From Eledone cirrhosa (Eukaryota): a stretch of 64,000 nt of DNA. The DNA is taken from contig OZ024764.1 of the NCBI GenBank assembly GCA_964016885.1, positions 16,802,001-16,866,000 of the forward strand, read 5' to 3'. Below the pieces are notes generated by a model, which was not told the DNA's origin, did not search any database, and saw only the letters and a list, made by a program, of their open reading frames with translations. The translations under genes were made by a program, and so were the position numbers. Positions 38,495 to 52,009 of this stretch are shown piece by piece (the stretch's first letter is position 1; each line of letters starts with the position of its first letter).

Positions 38495-41400
38495 ATAAAA
38501 TAAAATAAAATAAAATAAAATAAAATAAAATAAAATAAAATAAAATAAAATAAAATAAAATAAAATAAAATAAAATAAAATAAAATAAAATAAAATAAAA
38601 TAAAATAAAATAAAATAAAATAAAATAAAATAAAATAAAATAAAATAAAATAAAATAAAATAAAATAAAATACAATAAATTTAATTAATTAATTAATTAA
38701 TTAATTAATTAATTAATTAATTAAAATTAAATTAAATTAATTAATTAAATTAATTAATTAAATTAAATTTAAATTAATTAATTAATTTATTAATTAAAAT
38801 AAAATAAAATAAAATAAAATAAAATAAAATAAAATACAATAAATTTAATTAATTAATTAATTAATTAATTAAAATTAAATTAAATTAATTAATTAAATTA
38901 ATTAATTAATTAATTAAATTAATTAATTAATTAAATTAAATTTAAATTTATTAATTAAAATAAAATAAAATAAAATAAAATAAAATAAAATAAAATAAAT
39001 TTAATTAATTAATTAATTAATTAATTTAATTTAATTTAATTTAATTTATTTTAATTTAATTTAATTTAATTTAATTTAATTTAATTTAATTTAATTTAAT
39101 TTAAAAAACGAAACGAAACCAGGGTACCTAAAACAAGAAACGAAACGAAACCGGGGAACCTAAAAAACCAAACGAAACGAAACCGGGGTACCTAAAAACG
39201 AAACGGAACGAAACCGAGGAACCTAAAAAAACAAACGAAACGAAACCGGGGAACCTAAAAAACCGAAACGAGACGAAACCGGGGAACCTAAAAAACTAAA
39301 CGAAACGAAACGGATTTCGTTACGCTTCGTTCAACCTACGCGCATGCGCAGCACGGTACAATCTTCGTGCGACGGCTATCCAACCTTGGCGCATGCGCAT
39401 TGCGCAGTGGGCTATTTCCGGGTGTTTCCGGGTATTTCCGGGTATTTCCGGTTAATACCGGATATTAAATAATTAAAATGATTTAAAATAATTACTTAAT
39501 TAATTAATAAAATAAAATAAAAAAAAATAAATTTAATTAATTAATTAATTTATTTATTTATTTATTTATTAAATAATTAATTAATTAATTATTTAAATTA
39601 AAAAACTTAAATTAATTAATTAATTAATTAATTAATTAATTAATAAAATAAAATAAAATAAAATAAAATACATTTAATTAATTAATTAATTAATTAATTA
39701 AATTAAACCAAACGAAACGAAACCGGGGAACCTAAAAAACCGAAACGAGACGAAACCGTGGAACCTAAAAAAACCAAACGAAACGAAATTAGTTTAGTTT
39801 CGCTTCGTTCAACCTACGCGCATGCGCAGTACGGTCCAACCTTCGTGACGGCTTTCCAAACTTAGCGCATGCGCAGTGGGCTATTTCCGAATGTTTCCGA
39901 GTATTTCCGGTTATTTCCGGTTATTTCCGGGTATTAAATTAAGTAAAATAAAATTAAAATAAGTTAAATTAAATTAAATTAAATTAAATTAAATTAAAAT
40001 AAATTAAAATAATTAATTAATTAATTAATTAATTAATTAATTAATAAAATAAGATGAAATGAAATAAAATAAAATAAAATAAAATAAAATAAAATAAATT
40101 TAATTAATTAATTAATTAATTAATTAATTGATTAATTATTTAATTTAATTTAATTTAATTTATTTTATTTTATTTTATTTTATTTTAATTTATTTAAATT
40201 AATTTAATTAATTAATTAATCAATTAATTAATTAATTATTTAATTTAATTTAATTTATTTTATTTAATTTTATTTTAATTTATTTTAATTAATTTAATTA
40301 ATTAATTAACTAATTTAAATTTAATTAAATTAATTAATTAATTAAATTAATTAAATAAATTAATTAATTAAATTAATTAATTAAATTAATTATTTAAATT
40401 AATTAAATATATTAAATTTAAATTAATTAATTAATTAAATTAATTAAAATAAAATAAAATAAAATAAAATAAAATAAAATAAAATAAAATAAAATAAAAT
40501 AAAATAAAATAAAATAAAATAAAATAAAATAAAATAAAATAAAATAAAATAAAATAAAATAAAATAAAATAAAATAAAATAAAATAAAATAAAATAAAAT
40601 AAAATAAAATAAAATAAAATAAAATACAATAAATTTAATTAATTAATTAATTAATTAATTAATTAATTAAATTAAATTTAAATTAATTAATTAATTTATT
40701 AATTAAAATAAAATAAAATAAAATAAAATAAAATAAAATAAAATAAAATACAATAAATTTAATTAATTAATTAATTAATTAATTAAAATTAAATTAAATT
40801 AATTAATTAATTAATTAAATTAATTAATTAATTAAATTAAATTTAAATTTATTAATTAAAATAAAATAAAATAAAATAAAATAAAATAAAATAAATTTAA
40901 TTAATTTAATTTAATTTAATTTAATTTATTTTAATTTAATTTAATTTAATTTAATTTAATTTAATTTAAAAAACGAAACGAAACCAGGGTACCTAAAACA
41001 AGAAACGAAACGAAACCGGGGAACCTAAAAAACCAAACGAAACGAAACCGGGGTACCTAAAAACGAAACGGAACGAAACCGAGGAACCTAAAAAAACAAA
41101 CGAAACGAAACCGGGGAACCTAAAAAACCGAAACGAGACGAAACCGGGGAACCTAAAAAACTAAACGAAACGAAACGGATTTCGTTACGCTTCGTTCAAC
41201 CTACGCGCATGCGCAGCACGGTACAATCTTCGTGCGACGGCTATCCAACCTTGGCGCATGCGCATTGCGCAGTGGGCTATTTCCGGGTGTTTCCGGGTAT
41301 TTCCGGGTATTTCCGGTTAATACCGGATATTAAATAATTAAAATGATTTAAAATAATTACTTAATTAATTAATAAAATAAAATAAAAAAAAATAAATTTA

Positions 41401-44400
41401 ATTAATTAATTTATTTATTTATTTATTTATTTATTAAATAATTAATTAATTAATTATTTAAATTAAAAAACTTAAATTAATTAATTAATTAATTAATTAA
41501 TTAATTAATAAAATAAAATAAAATAAAATAAAATACATTTAATTAATTAATTAATTAATTAATTAAATTAAACCAAACGAAACGAAACCGGGGAACCTAA
41601 AAAACCGAAACGAGACGAAACCGTGGAACCTAAAAAAACCAAACGAAACGAAATTAGTTTAGTTTCGCTTCGTTCAACCTACGCGCATGCGCAGTACGGT
41701 CCAACCTTCGTGACGGCTTTCCAAACTTAGCGCATGCGCAGTGGGCTATTTCCGAATGTTTCCGAGTATTTCCGGTTATTTCCGGTTATTTCCGGGTATT
41801 AAATTAAGTAAAATAAAATTAAAATAAGTTAAATTAAATTAAATTAAATTAAATTAAATTAAAATAAATTAAAATAATTAATTAATTAATTAATTAATTA
41901 ATTAATTAATTAATAAAATAAGATGAAATGAAATAAAATAAAATAAAATAAAATAAAATAAAATAAATTTAATTAATTAATTAATTAATTAATTAATTGA
42001 TTAATTATTTAATTTAATTTAATTTAATTTATTTTATTTTATTTTATTTTATTTTAATTTATTTAAATTAATTTAATTAATTAATTAATCAATTAATTAA
42101 TTAATTATTTAATTTAATTTAATTTATTTTATTTAATTTTATTTTAATTTATTTTAATTAATTTAATTAATTAATTAACTAATTTAAATTTAATTAAATT
42201 AATTAATTAATTAAATTAATTAAATAAATTAATTAATTAAATTAATTAATTAAATTAATTATTTAAATTAATTAAATATATTAAATTTAAATTAATTAAT
42301 TAATTAAATTAATTAAAATAAAATAAAATAAAATAAAACAAAATAAAATAAATAAAATAAAATAATTAATTAATTAATTAATTATTTTATTTTATTTATT
42401 TTATTTTATTTTATTTTGTTTTATTTTAATTAATTTAATTAATTAATTAATTAATTAATTTAAATTTAATTTAATTAATTAATTAAATCAATTAATTAAA
42501 TTAATTAATTAAATTAATTAATTAAATTAATTAATTAAATTAATTAATTAAATTAAATTTTAATTAATTAATTAATTAATTAAATTAATTAAAATAAAAT
42601 AAATTAAAATAATATAAAATAAAATAAATTAAATAAAATAATTAATTAATAAAATAAAATAAAATAAAATAAAATAAAATAAAATAAATTTAATTATTTA
42701 ATTAATTAATTTAATTAATTTAATTTAATTTAATTTATTTTAATTTAATTTAATTTAATTAATTTCATTAATTAATTAATTTAAATTAAATTAATTAATT
42801 AATTTAATTAATTAATTAAATTAAATTTAAATTAATTAATTAATTTATTAATTAAATAAAATAAAATAAAATAAAATAAAATAAAATAAATTTAATTAAT
42901 TAATTTAATTTAATTTAAAAAACGAAACGAAACCGGGGTACCTAAAACACGAAACGAAACGAAACCGGGGAACCCAAAAAACCAAACGAAACGAAACCGG
43001 GGTACCTAAAAACGAAACGGAACGAAACCGAGGAACCTAAAAAACCAAACGAAACGAAACCGGGGAACCTAAAAAACCGAAACGAGACGAAACCGGGGAA
43101 CCTAAAAAACTAAACGAAACGAAACGGGTTTCGTTACGCTTCGTTCAACTTACGCGCATGCGCAGCACGGTACAATCTTCGTGCGATGGGTATCCAACCT
43201 TGGCGCATGCGCAGTGCGCAGTGGGCTATTTCCGGGTGTTTCCGGGTATTTCATGGTATTTCCGGTTAATACCGGATATTAAATAATTAAAATGATTTAA
43301 AATAATTACTTAATTAATTAATAAAATAAAATAAAAAAAAATAAATTTAATTAATTAATTAATTTATTTATTTATTTATTTATTAAATAATTAATTAATT
43401 AATTATTTAAATTAAAAAACTTAAATTAATTAATTAATTAATTAATTAATTAATTAATAAAATAAAATAAAATAAAATAAAATACATTTAATTAATTAAT
43501 TAATTAATTAATTAAATTAAACCAAACGAAACGAAACCGGGGAACCTAAAAAACCGAAACGAGACGAAACCGTGGAACCTAAAAAAACCAAACGAAACGA
43601 AATTAGTTTAGTTTCGCTTCGTTCAACCTACGCGCATGCGCAGTACGGTCCAACCTTCGTGACGGCTTTCCAAACTTAGCGCATGCGCAGTGGGCTATTT
43701 CCGAATGTTTCCGAGTATTTCCGGTTATTTCCGGTTATTTCCGGGTATTAAATTAAGTAAAATAAAATTAAAATAAGTTAAATTAAATTAAATTAAATTA
43801 AATTAAATTAAAATAAATTAAAATAATTAATTAATTAATTAATTAATTAATTAATTAATTAATAAAATAAGATGAAATGAAATAAAATAAAATAAAATAA
43901 AATAAAATAAAATAAATTTAATTAATTAATTAATTAATTAATTAATTGATTAATTATTTAATTTAATTTAATTTAATTTATTTTATTTTATTTTATTTTA
44001 ATTTATTTAAATTAATTTAATTAATTAATTAATCAATTAATTAATTAATTATTTAATTTAATTTAATTTATTTTATTTAATTTTATTTTAATTTATTTTA
44101 ATTAATTTAATTAATTAATTAACTAATTTAAATTTAATTAATTTAATTAATTAATTAAATTAATTAAATAAATTAATTAATTAAATTAATTAATTAAATT
44201 AATTATTTAAATTAATTAAATATATTAAATTTAAATTAATTAATTAATTAAATTAATTAAAATAAAATAAAATAAAATAAAACAAAATAAAATAAATAAA
44301 ATAAAATAATTAATTAATTAATTAATTATTTTATTTTATTTATTTTATTTTATTTTATTTTGTTTTATTTTAATTAATTTAATTAATTAATTAATTAATT

Positions 44401-45612
44401 AATTTAAATTTAATTTAATTAATTAATTAAATCAATTAATTAAATTAATTAATTAAATTAATTAATTAAATTAATTAATTAAATTAATTAATTAAATTAA
44501 TTAATTAATTAAATTAATTAATTAAATTAATTAATTAAATTAAATTTTAATTAATTAATTAATTAATTAAATTAATTAAAATAAAATAAATTAAAATAAA
44601 ATAAAATAAAATAAATTAAATAAAATAATTAATTAATAAAATAAAATAAAATAAAATAAAATAAAATAAAATAAATTTAATTATTTAATTAATTAATTTA
44701 ATTAATTTAATTTAATTTAATTTATTTTAATTTAATTTAATTTAATTAATTTCATTAATTAATTAATTTAAATTAAATTAAATTAATTAATTAATTTAAT
44801 TAATTAATTAAATTAAATTTAAATTAATTAATTAATTTATTAATTAAATAAAATAAAATAAAATAAAATAAAATAAAATAAATTTAATTAATTAATTTAA
44901 TTTAATTTAAAAAACGAAACGAAACCGGGGTACCTAAAACACGAAACGAAACGAAACCGGGGAACCCAAAAAACCAAACGAAACGAAACCGGGGTACCTA
45001 AAAACGAAACGGAACGAAACCGAGGAACCTAAAAAACCAAACGAAACGAAACCGGGGAACCTAAAAAACCGAAACGAGACGAAACCGGGGAACCTAAAAA
45101 ACTAAACGAAACGAAACGGGTTTCGTAATGTTTCGTTCAACTTACGCGCATGCGCAGCACGGTACAATCTTCGTGCGATGGGTATCCAACCTTGGCGCAT
45201 GCGCAGTGCGCAGTGGGCTATTTCCGGGTGTTTCCGGGTATTTCCGGGTATTTCCGGTTAATACCGGATATTAAATTAAATTAAATTAAATTAAATTAAA
45301 TTATATTAAATTAAATTAAATTAAATTAAAATGATTTAAAATAATTACTTAATTAATTAATTAATAAAATAAAATAAAATAAAATAAATTTAATTAATTA
45401 ATTAATTTATTTATTTATTTATTTATTAAATAATTAATTAATTAATTATTTAAATTAAAAAACTTTAATTAATTGATTAATTAATTAATTAATTAATAAA
45501 ATAAAATAAAATAAAATAAAATAAAATAAAATAAAATAAAATAAAATAAAATAAAATAAAATAAAATAAAGTAAAATAAAATAAAATAAAATAAATTTAA
45601 TTAATTAATTAA
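38495..45612. repeat. AT-rich higher-order macrosatellite (about 1.9-kb A-B unit, 3.5 copies) with GC-containing cores
   Basis: Core A at about 39103, 40969, 42917 and 44909; core B at about 39707, 41571 and 43520. Spacers are (AAAAT)n, (TTAA)n and (AAATT)n. Confidence 0.9.
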
Positions 45613-45806
45613 TCAGCGGGATTTGAACTCAGCAGAGAGTTATAACCCTTTACGTTCTGAGTTCAAATTCCGCTGAGGTTAGATTTGCCTTTCATCCTTA
45701 CTGGGTCGATAAAATAAAGTACTAGTAATGCCCTGGGGTCAATTTAATCGACTTTCCCCTCCCACAAAATTGCTGACCTTGTGCCTAAAGAAGGAACAAT
45801 TACACA

Positions 45807-45809
<3 letters not shown>

Positions 45810-45842
<33 letters not shown>

Positions 45843-45914
45843 AATATTACTCTTTCTCTCTCTCTCTCCCTCTCTACATTATAACTTTTTCTCTCTCTCT
45901 GCTCTATTACTCTT

Positions 45915-45959
<45 letters not shown>

Positions 45960-46655
45960 TTCTACATTATAACTTTCTCTCCCCTCTCTACACTATTACT
46001 CTTTCCCTCTCTCTCCCTCTCTACTCTATTACTCTTTCCCTCTCTCACCTTCTCTCTATTTCTCTACATTATCACTCTTTCTTTTTCTCTCCTCTCTACA
46101 CTATTACTCTATCTACTCTCCCCTCTCTACGCTATCACCCTATCTACTCCCTCCTCTCTCTAAACTATTACTCTATCTACTTTCTCCCCTCTCTACACTA
46201 TCACTTCATCTACTCTCTCTCTTCCCTCTCTCTATACTATTACACTCTCTCTTTCTTTTCTCTACAATATCACTCAATCTACTCTCTCTTCCCTCTCTCT
46301 ATAATATCACTTTATCTACTCTCTCTTACCTCTCTCTATAACATTAATCTCTCTTTCCACTCTCTTCCCTCTCTTTATAATATTACTCTATCTATTCGCT
46401 TTCCCTCTCTACACTATTACTCTGGCTATTCTCTCTACACTATTACTCTATCTACTTTCTCTTTCCTCTCTCTATAATATCACTATCTACTCTCTTCCTT
46501 CTCTCTATAACATTACACTCTCTCCACCATAATTTACCTCCCAACACTATTACTCTATCTACTTTCTCTTTCCTCTCTCTATAATATCACTATCTACTCT
46601 CTTCTCTCTCTCTATAACATTACACTCTCTCCCCCATAATTTTCCTCCCAACACT
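45810..46655. repeat. CT-rich degenerate low-complexity repeat
   Basis: (CT)n interspersed with TACACTATTACT units. Confidence 0.8.
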
Positions 46656-47345
46656 AGAGAGGTTCAACTCCACCATAACACATGTCAACATGTCTTCTAA
46701 GGTCTTTCCACCCAGCACAGGTCACCGTCAAACCTAATTAAAGGTCAGTAACATGTCAATATTGTCAAATTTAAGGCTTTATCCTAAATATCCTTATTTT
46801 ATGACTCATATTTAAAGCCTACTTTTCTTTCATCTAAATAAGCACACGAGTGTAATTCGTGGAGCGAAACTTCGTGTACAGGTGTATATATATCTATCTA
46901 TCTGTGCCCCTGTGGCTAATAAAGAAATATATCTATCTATATATTTATTGTATATATATATATATATGTGTGTGTATATGTATATATATATTTATGTAAT
47001 AAACAACATAAGACAATTATTATCGTTCATCAGACAATATATATATATGTATAGGAAAATGTTTGTGAAGACTAAAACCCGAAGAGGGCTCGATAAGGAT
47101 TTTATATATAAAATATATATAAATATAAAAACCCGTAGAGTAAATATTTCAGAAGATCCCGTTAAGGGTGAAAGCAACGATTCTTTGCTTAGATTTTAAT
47201 CTGTTCTTATAATATATAATCTATCAGACCTGCCAACCTCTAAACACCCAAACAGAGAGAAATGAGGCAAAATGGGGAGATTTTACATAGTGAAAGCTAC
47301 TCAAAAGTTGGGAGATTTCCCTGTCTGACGGGGATAGTTGACAGG

Positions 47346-47401
<56 letters not shown>

Positions 47402-47405
<4 letters not shown>

Positions 47406-47627
47406 TGTTTATGTTCATAGACGGAATAAAAGCGCCAGCCAACGTCTCGAGGCCCAAATTGTGATCATACCTCCAGAAAACAAGCCATCAAAATAGTGAC
47501 CTTTCTTCAGGTGTTTATACGGGAAAGGTCACTATTTTGGTGCCTCTTGTATTCTAGAGGTATGGTTAAATTTGGACCTTCAGACCTTGGGTAGCAGCGT
47601 TGATCCGTGTATGAACATAGGTAAATA
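47402..47627 (+). other. Long imperfect RNA hairpin (about 105-bp stem, 13-nt loop)
   Basis: Manual pairing gives a continuous 22-bp apical stem 47486-47507/47521-47542 and pairing out to 47402/47627, with about 9 G:U pairs versus 3 C:A mismatches on the + strand. Confidence 0.8.
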
Positions 47628-48736
47628 TAATATTTCTGCTCTTTTCCCGATTGAGCACTGTTTTCCTTTTTCCATTTCACATTTATGGATATTGCTACAT
47701 ACACAAATTATATATATATGTCCTTGAGCAAGACACTTTATTTCACATTGCTCCAGTTTACTCAGCTGTAGAAATGAGATGAGAGGGACTGGGGTCCCTA
47801 TCATTCCACTGCAAAGTGGACGTGGAGGTGCCACGGCAAAAAAGCACCCAGCACTCACTCACTGTAAATGAGGTTGGTGTTAGGAAGGGCATCCAGCTGT
47901 AGAAATCAAGCCAGAATCAGTTCCCGTCCCACCCTTGCAAGCAGGGAATAAGCGGACGTAAAATGATGATGATGATGATGATATATATATAGGAAAATTT
48001 CTGGACTAGAAATAGCCGTCGAAACGGCGTGAGCTCTGCCGTCGGGGTCCTGAACCTTTTCCCCTATTACCCACTCTACTACTTAAAGTAGAGCATATAT
48101 ATATATATATATATATATGCACATTCACACAGTCTCGATTTAGCTGTTGAAATGGAAAGAGACCCTTACATTAAGTTACTACCTTACCAGCCCGACCAAA
48201 ACCATCTCTGGTCCTATGAAATAATTGTTTCTACTTTAGGCACAAGACCAACAATTACCTAGTGCATTACTGGTACTTTATTTTATCGACCCCGTGAGGA
48301 TGAAAGGCAAAGTCAACCTCGGCGGGATTTGAACTCAGATCATAAAGGGACGTAACTATGCTGGAAAGCATCTATGAAATAATGCCACCCATTTTAAAAG
48401 TTTCCACTTTAAATTAAACTCTTCCAGCGTAACATTCAGTTACTATTTATTTATTTATTTTGAGAACAATACCTTAACATAAGTATGAGCACCTGGTTAT
48501 GGCCGTATTGAATAGTAAGGTAAGAGAATTCTGGCCAGATACGGCCATTTTATGTGATAAAGGGTTAAAGGCTGTCTTAGTGTTACTTCCAATTAGATAT
48601 GTATAGAATGAATCAAAGGTGTATAGTGAGTTAGAAACTCAAAATAGTCTCTTACAATTAAATAGCTCAAAGAAAGAGGTTTATGTAAGCCATGTAATAT
48701 AATTGAATATAAAAGAAAGATAAACACATATATAAT

Positions 48737-49080
48737 GGAGGCACATGGCTTAGTGGTTAGAGCATTGGCCTTGCAATCGAAAGGTTGTGAGTTCAATTCT
48801 CAGACCGGGTGATGTGTTGTTTCCTTGAGCAAGACACTTTATTTCACATTGCTCTAGTTTACTCAGTTGTAGAAATGAGATGATAGGGACTGGGGTCCCT
48901 ATCATTCCACTGCAAAGTGGACGTGGAGGTGCCACGGCAAAAAGGCACCCAGCACTCACTGTAAATGAGGTTGGTGTTAGGAAGGGCATCCAGCTGTAGA
49001 AATCAAGCCAGAATCAGTTCCCGTCCCACCCTTGCAAGCAGGGAAAAGCGGACGTAAAAATGAAATGATGAATGATGATG
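48737..49080 (+). mobile_element. Full-length tRNA-derived SINE family C
   Basis: A box TGGCTTAGTGG, B box GAGTTCAATTC, CCTTGAGCAAGACACTT core, RTE-like tail ending in (ATG)n. Other copies at 47720-47980, 53835-54058(-), 59600-59980(-) and 62700-63036(-). Confidence 0.82.
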
Positions 49081-49230
49081 AAAATGATAAACAGAGAGGT
49101 GTTCAAATCGTAAGGGACCAAATTCGCTAGGCTGAAAAAATACTAACTATTAATAATATAAATAACTTGGTCCCTTGCAATTTGAAGACATGTATGTTTA
49201 TATCTGTGTTTATCTCTCTTTTATATTCAA

Positions 49231-49807
49231 CTAGCAGAATGGCCCGGCATTGCTCGGGATTTGCTCTAGGGTTCTTATATTTGATATATATTTATCCTTA
49301 TCGAGCCTCGTGAAATAAATATGTTTGTTTATATTTTGTTATTGTGTATGCAAAAATATCTGTACACGAACATATAATTATATATATATATATATATTAA
49401 AATAACAGATTAAAGTTTAAGCAAAGAATCGTTGCTTTCACCCTTAACGGGATCTTCTGAAACTAAAAAAAATCAATCTGAACGCAGAAGTAAATATTTT
49501 GAAAAACGTTACACACTATATATATACACACACACTATATATACATATATACACACACCCACCGCGTCATAATGACGTAATGCAGACATACAGACAGATA
49601 TTATATGGGCCCAATGTTATATCTATGTATCTATCTAAAAAGGGAAAGACTAAGAGAGAGATCGCCTAATGCGGTCCCTAAGGCATTGAAAATTTATAAG
49701 TATTTATAAGTATTACATATGTAAAGTTTGAAAACAATCGGTTGGGTGGTTCTCGAGTTTTAGGGAGCTGACAGACAGACAGACATTCTCTGTTTTAGAT
49801 ATATAGA
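49231..49807 (-). mobile_element. Non-autonomous Helitron-like element
   Basis: On the minus strand it starts TCTATATATC, has (GTCT)n tracts, and ends CCCGAGCAATGCCGGG hairpin + CTAG|T. Confidence 0.55.
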
Positions 49808-49848
49808 TTATATGGTATAGAATGTATATATTTTTCCTCTATTTCAGA

Positions 49849-50002
49849 ATGTTTCATCAGAGTAAGACATTCGAACGCATCGTAAGAAGCTGGCCTGGAA
49901 AGAAAACATTTGGAACCTACCGATTCATGCCACTGTTTTTTATCCTCGGAGCTGCTCTGGAATTTTCTATGATTAACTGGCACGTTGGGGAAGTGAACTT
50001 CT
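49849..50002 (+). CDS. SMIM4: SMIM4/UQCC5 (Sloth1) coding exon 1
   Basis: MFHQSKTFERIVRSWPGKKTFGTYRFMPLFFILGAALEFSMINWHVGEVNF(Y) matches the SMIM4 signature PGKxxFGxYRFLPxFFxLG..E..MI...VG...FY. Acceptor AG at 49846-49847, gtaagt donor. Confidence 0.92.
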
Positions 50003-50528
50003 GTAAGTGTTGTTAATTAGTTCATTACTAAAATAGTAATTTAATGAAAGGTTCTTATATAAAATTATGTTGGAAGATTCTAATTTAAATAAGAACCCTT
50101 TAAAATGGGTGGTTTTATTTCATAGAACCAGAGCTGGTTTTGGCGGGGTTGATAACTAAAGGGTTATATGTATAAATATATATATATATATATATATATA
50201 AAAGACGTAAAATAAAATTTTTTAAAAAATTTTTTTAAAGAATTAACTTACTTAAATTTTCACTCCAACTAATTAGTTTCTGCAATGGGATAAAGACAGT
50301 TACGTAATGAACTGTTGAGAATTTCATTGCGTCATCAGGGAGGTCTATTCTCAGCCAAGTCTCCAGGCAATACGCGGACACTGGGGACTCATATAAAAAT
50401 AATAATAATTCGGTAAATGGAACAGCTATCGAGGACTGGATTCCAGGTACTGAAAATGACATAACCTGTGTATTTGCTGGCATTAGCGTACATCTGTGCG
50501 CTTATGTTAGTAGATATATTAAATTATC

Positions 50529-50559
<31 letters not shown>

Positions 50560-50592
50560 AAGTATATGTTTTCACCTTTTTACCAATTGCAG

Positions 50593-50672
50593 ACAAAGTG
50601 TATAAGAAAAGGCGAGTTACTGAAGAGCTGCAGCGACTGACATTGGAGGAATCTACGAGTGAAGAAACTTGA
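50593..50672 (+). CDS. SMIM4: SMIM4/UQCC5 (Sloth1) coding exon 2 ((Y)KVYKKRRVTEELQRLTLEESTSEET*)
   Basis: ttgcag acceptor, phase 1, completes the FYxVYxxR motif. 77 aa total. Confidence 0.88.
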
Positions 50673-50859
50673 TTAACTCACTGATATAGCTTATTGAGTA
50701 CCTCCAATTGAGTATATTAACACACACTTGAATATATATATATATACACATATATATACATATGTATAGACCTACTATTCATATTGATATATATATTTAT
50801 ATACTCACAATACACACATAGACACACACACACAAAGGCACCACACAGTAACATACGCC

Positions 50860-51004
50860 AATATATATATATATATATATAAACACACAAATAGACAGCA
50901 ATATATATATATACACACACAAATAGACAGCAATATATATATATATACACACACACAAAGGCACCACACATACAATAAATACACACACACACATTTAGAC
51001 AGCA

Positions 51005-51035
<31 letters not shown>

Positions 51036-51202
51036 TTTAGACAGCAATATATATATATATATACACACACACACATTTAGACAGCAATATATATATATAT
51101 ACACACACACACATTTAGACAGCAATATATATATATATACACACACACACATTTAGACAGCAATATATATATATATACACACACACACACATTTAGACAG
51201 CA

Positions 51203-51233
<31 letters not shown>

Positions 51234-51360
51234 TTTAGACAGCAATATATATATATATACACACACACACATTTAGACAGCAATATATATATATATACAC
51301 ACACACACATTTAGACAGCAATATATATATATATACACACACACACACATTTAGACAGCA

Positions 51361-51399
<39 letters not shown>

Positions 51400-51410
51400 T
51401 TTAGACAGCA

Positions 51411-51441
<31 letters not shown>

Positions 51442-51452
51442 TTTAGACAGCA

Positions 51453-51485
<33 letters not shown>

Positions 51486-51650
51486 TTTAGACAGCAATAT
51501 ATATATATATACACACACACATTTAGACAGCAATATATATATATATACACACACACACACATTTAGACAGCAATATATATATATATACACACACACACAC
51601 ATTTAGACAGCAATATATATATATATATATACACACACATTTAGACAGCA

Positions 51651-51680
<30 letters not shown>
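50860..51680. repeat. Compound minisatellite ATTTAGACAGCA(AT)n(AC)n in the SMIM4-BRAWNIN spacer
   Basis: About 20 copies of a constant core with variable AT/AC run lengths. Confidence 0.9.
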
Positions 51681-51681
<1 letters not shown>

Positions 51682-51707
51682 AGATTTGTTTGTAAAAGAA
51701 GCAGACA

Positions 51708-51815
51708 ATGCCTGCCGGAGTATCTTGGGGCAGCTACATCAAACATGCTGTGACAGCCATGTTTTTCATGATGGCCGGGTCACAGACGGTCCACTTGATT
51801 TACAGACCCCTAGAT
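51708..51815 (+). CDS. UQCC6: BRAWNIN/C12orf73/UQCC6 (Sloth2) coding exon 1
   Basis: MPAGVSWGSYIKHAVTAMFFMMAGSQTVHLIYRPLD matches MPAGVxxxxY......MxAGxxxVHxxYRP. GAT|gtaagt donor. Confidence 0.92.
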
Positions 51816-52009
51816 GTAAGTATTGCATTGATTCTGTTTCTTCACATATATTCAATCATCATCATCATCATCATCAACATCGTCATCATCATTACGTCCA
51901 TCTTTCCATGCTTGCATGTGTTGGGCAGGTCCTTTCCAGCACAGCATCTCTCCACTTTCCAGCTTCCTTCTTCATCTCCTCTGTCCAGCTTCATCAATTT
52001 GAGATCATA

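Noticed and set aside
38495-45612. NUMT of a mitochondrial control region, or telomeric array
   Set aside because: No flanking mitochondrial tRNA/rRNA/CDS sequence and no TTAGGG repeats.
48737-48812. tRNA gene
   Set aside because: The A/B-box head continues into a SINE body present in several copies, and there is no proper acceptor stem.
50290-50430. CLETWL-containing ORF in the SMIM4 intron
   Set aside because: Possibly a decayed LINE endonuclease fragment, but too short to call.
50860-51680. CRISPR-like constant repeat with variable spacers
   Set aside because: Spacers are only AT/AC runs, there are no cas genes, and the context is eukaryotic. The 36- and 48-bp arrays also lack unique spacers.
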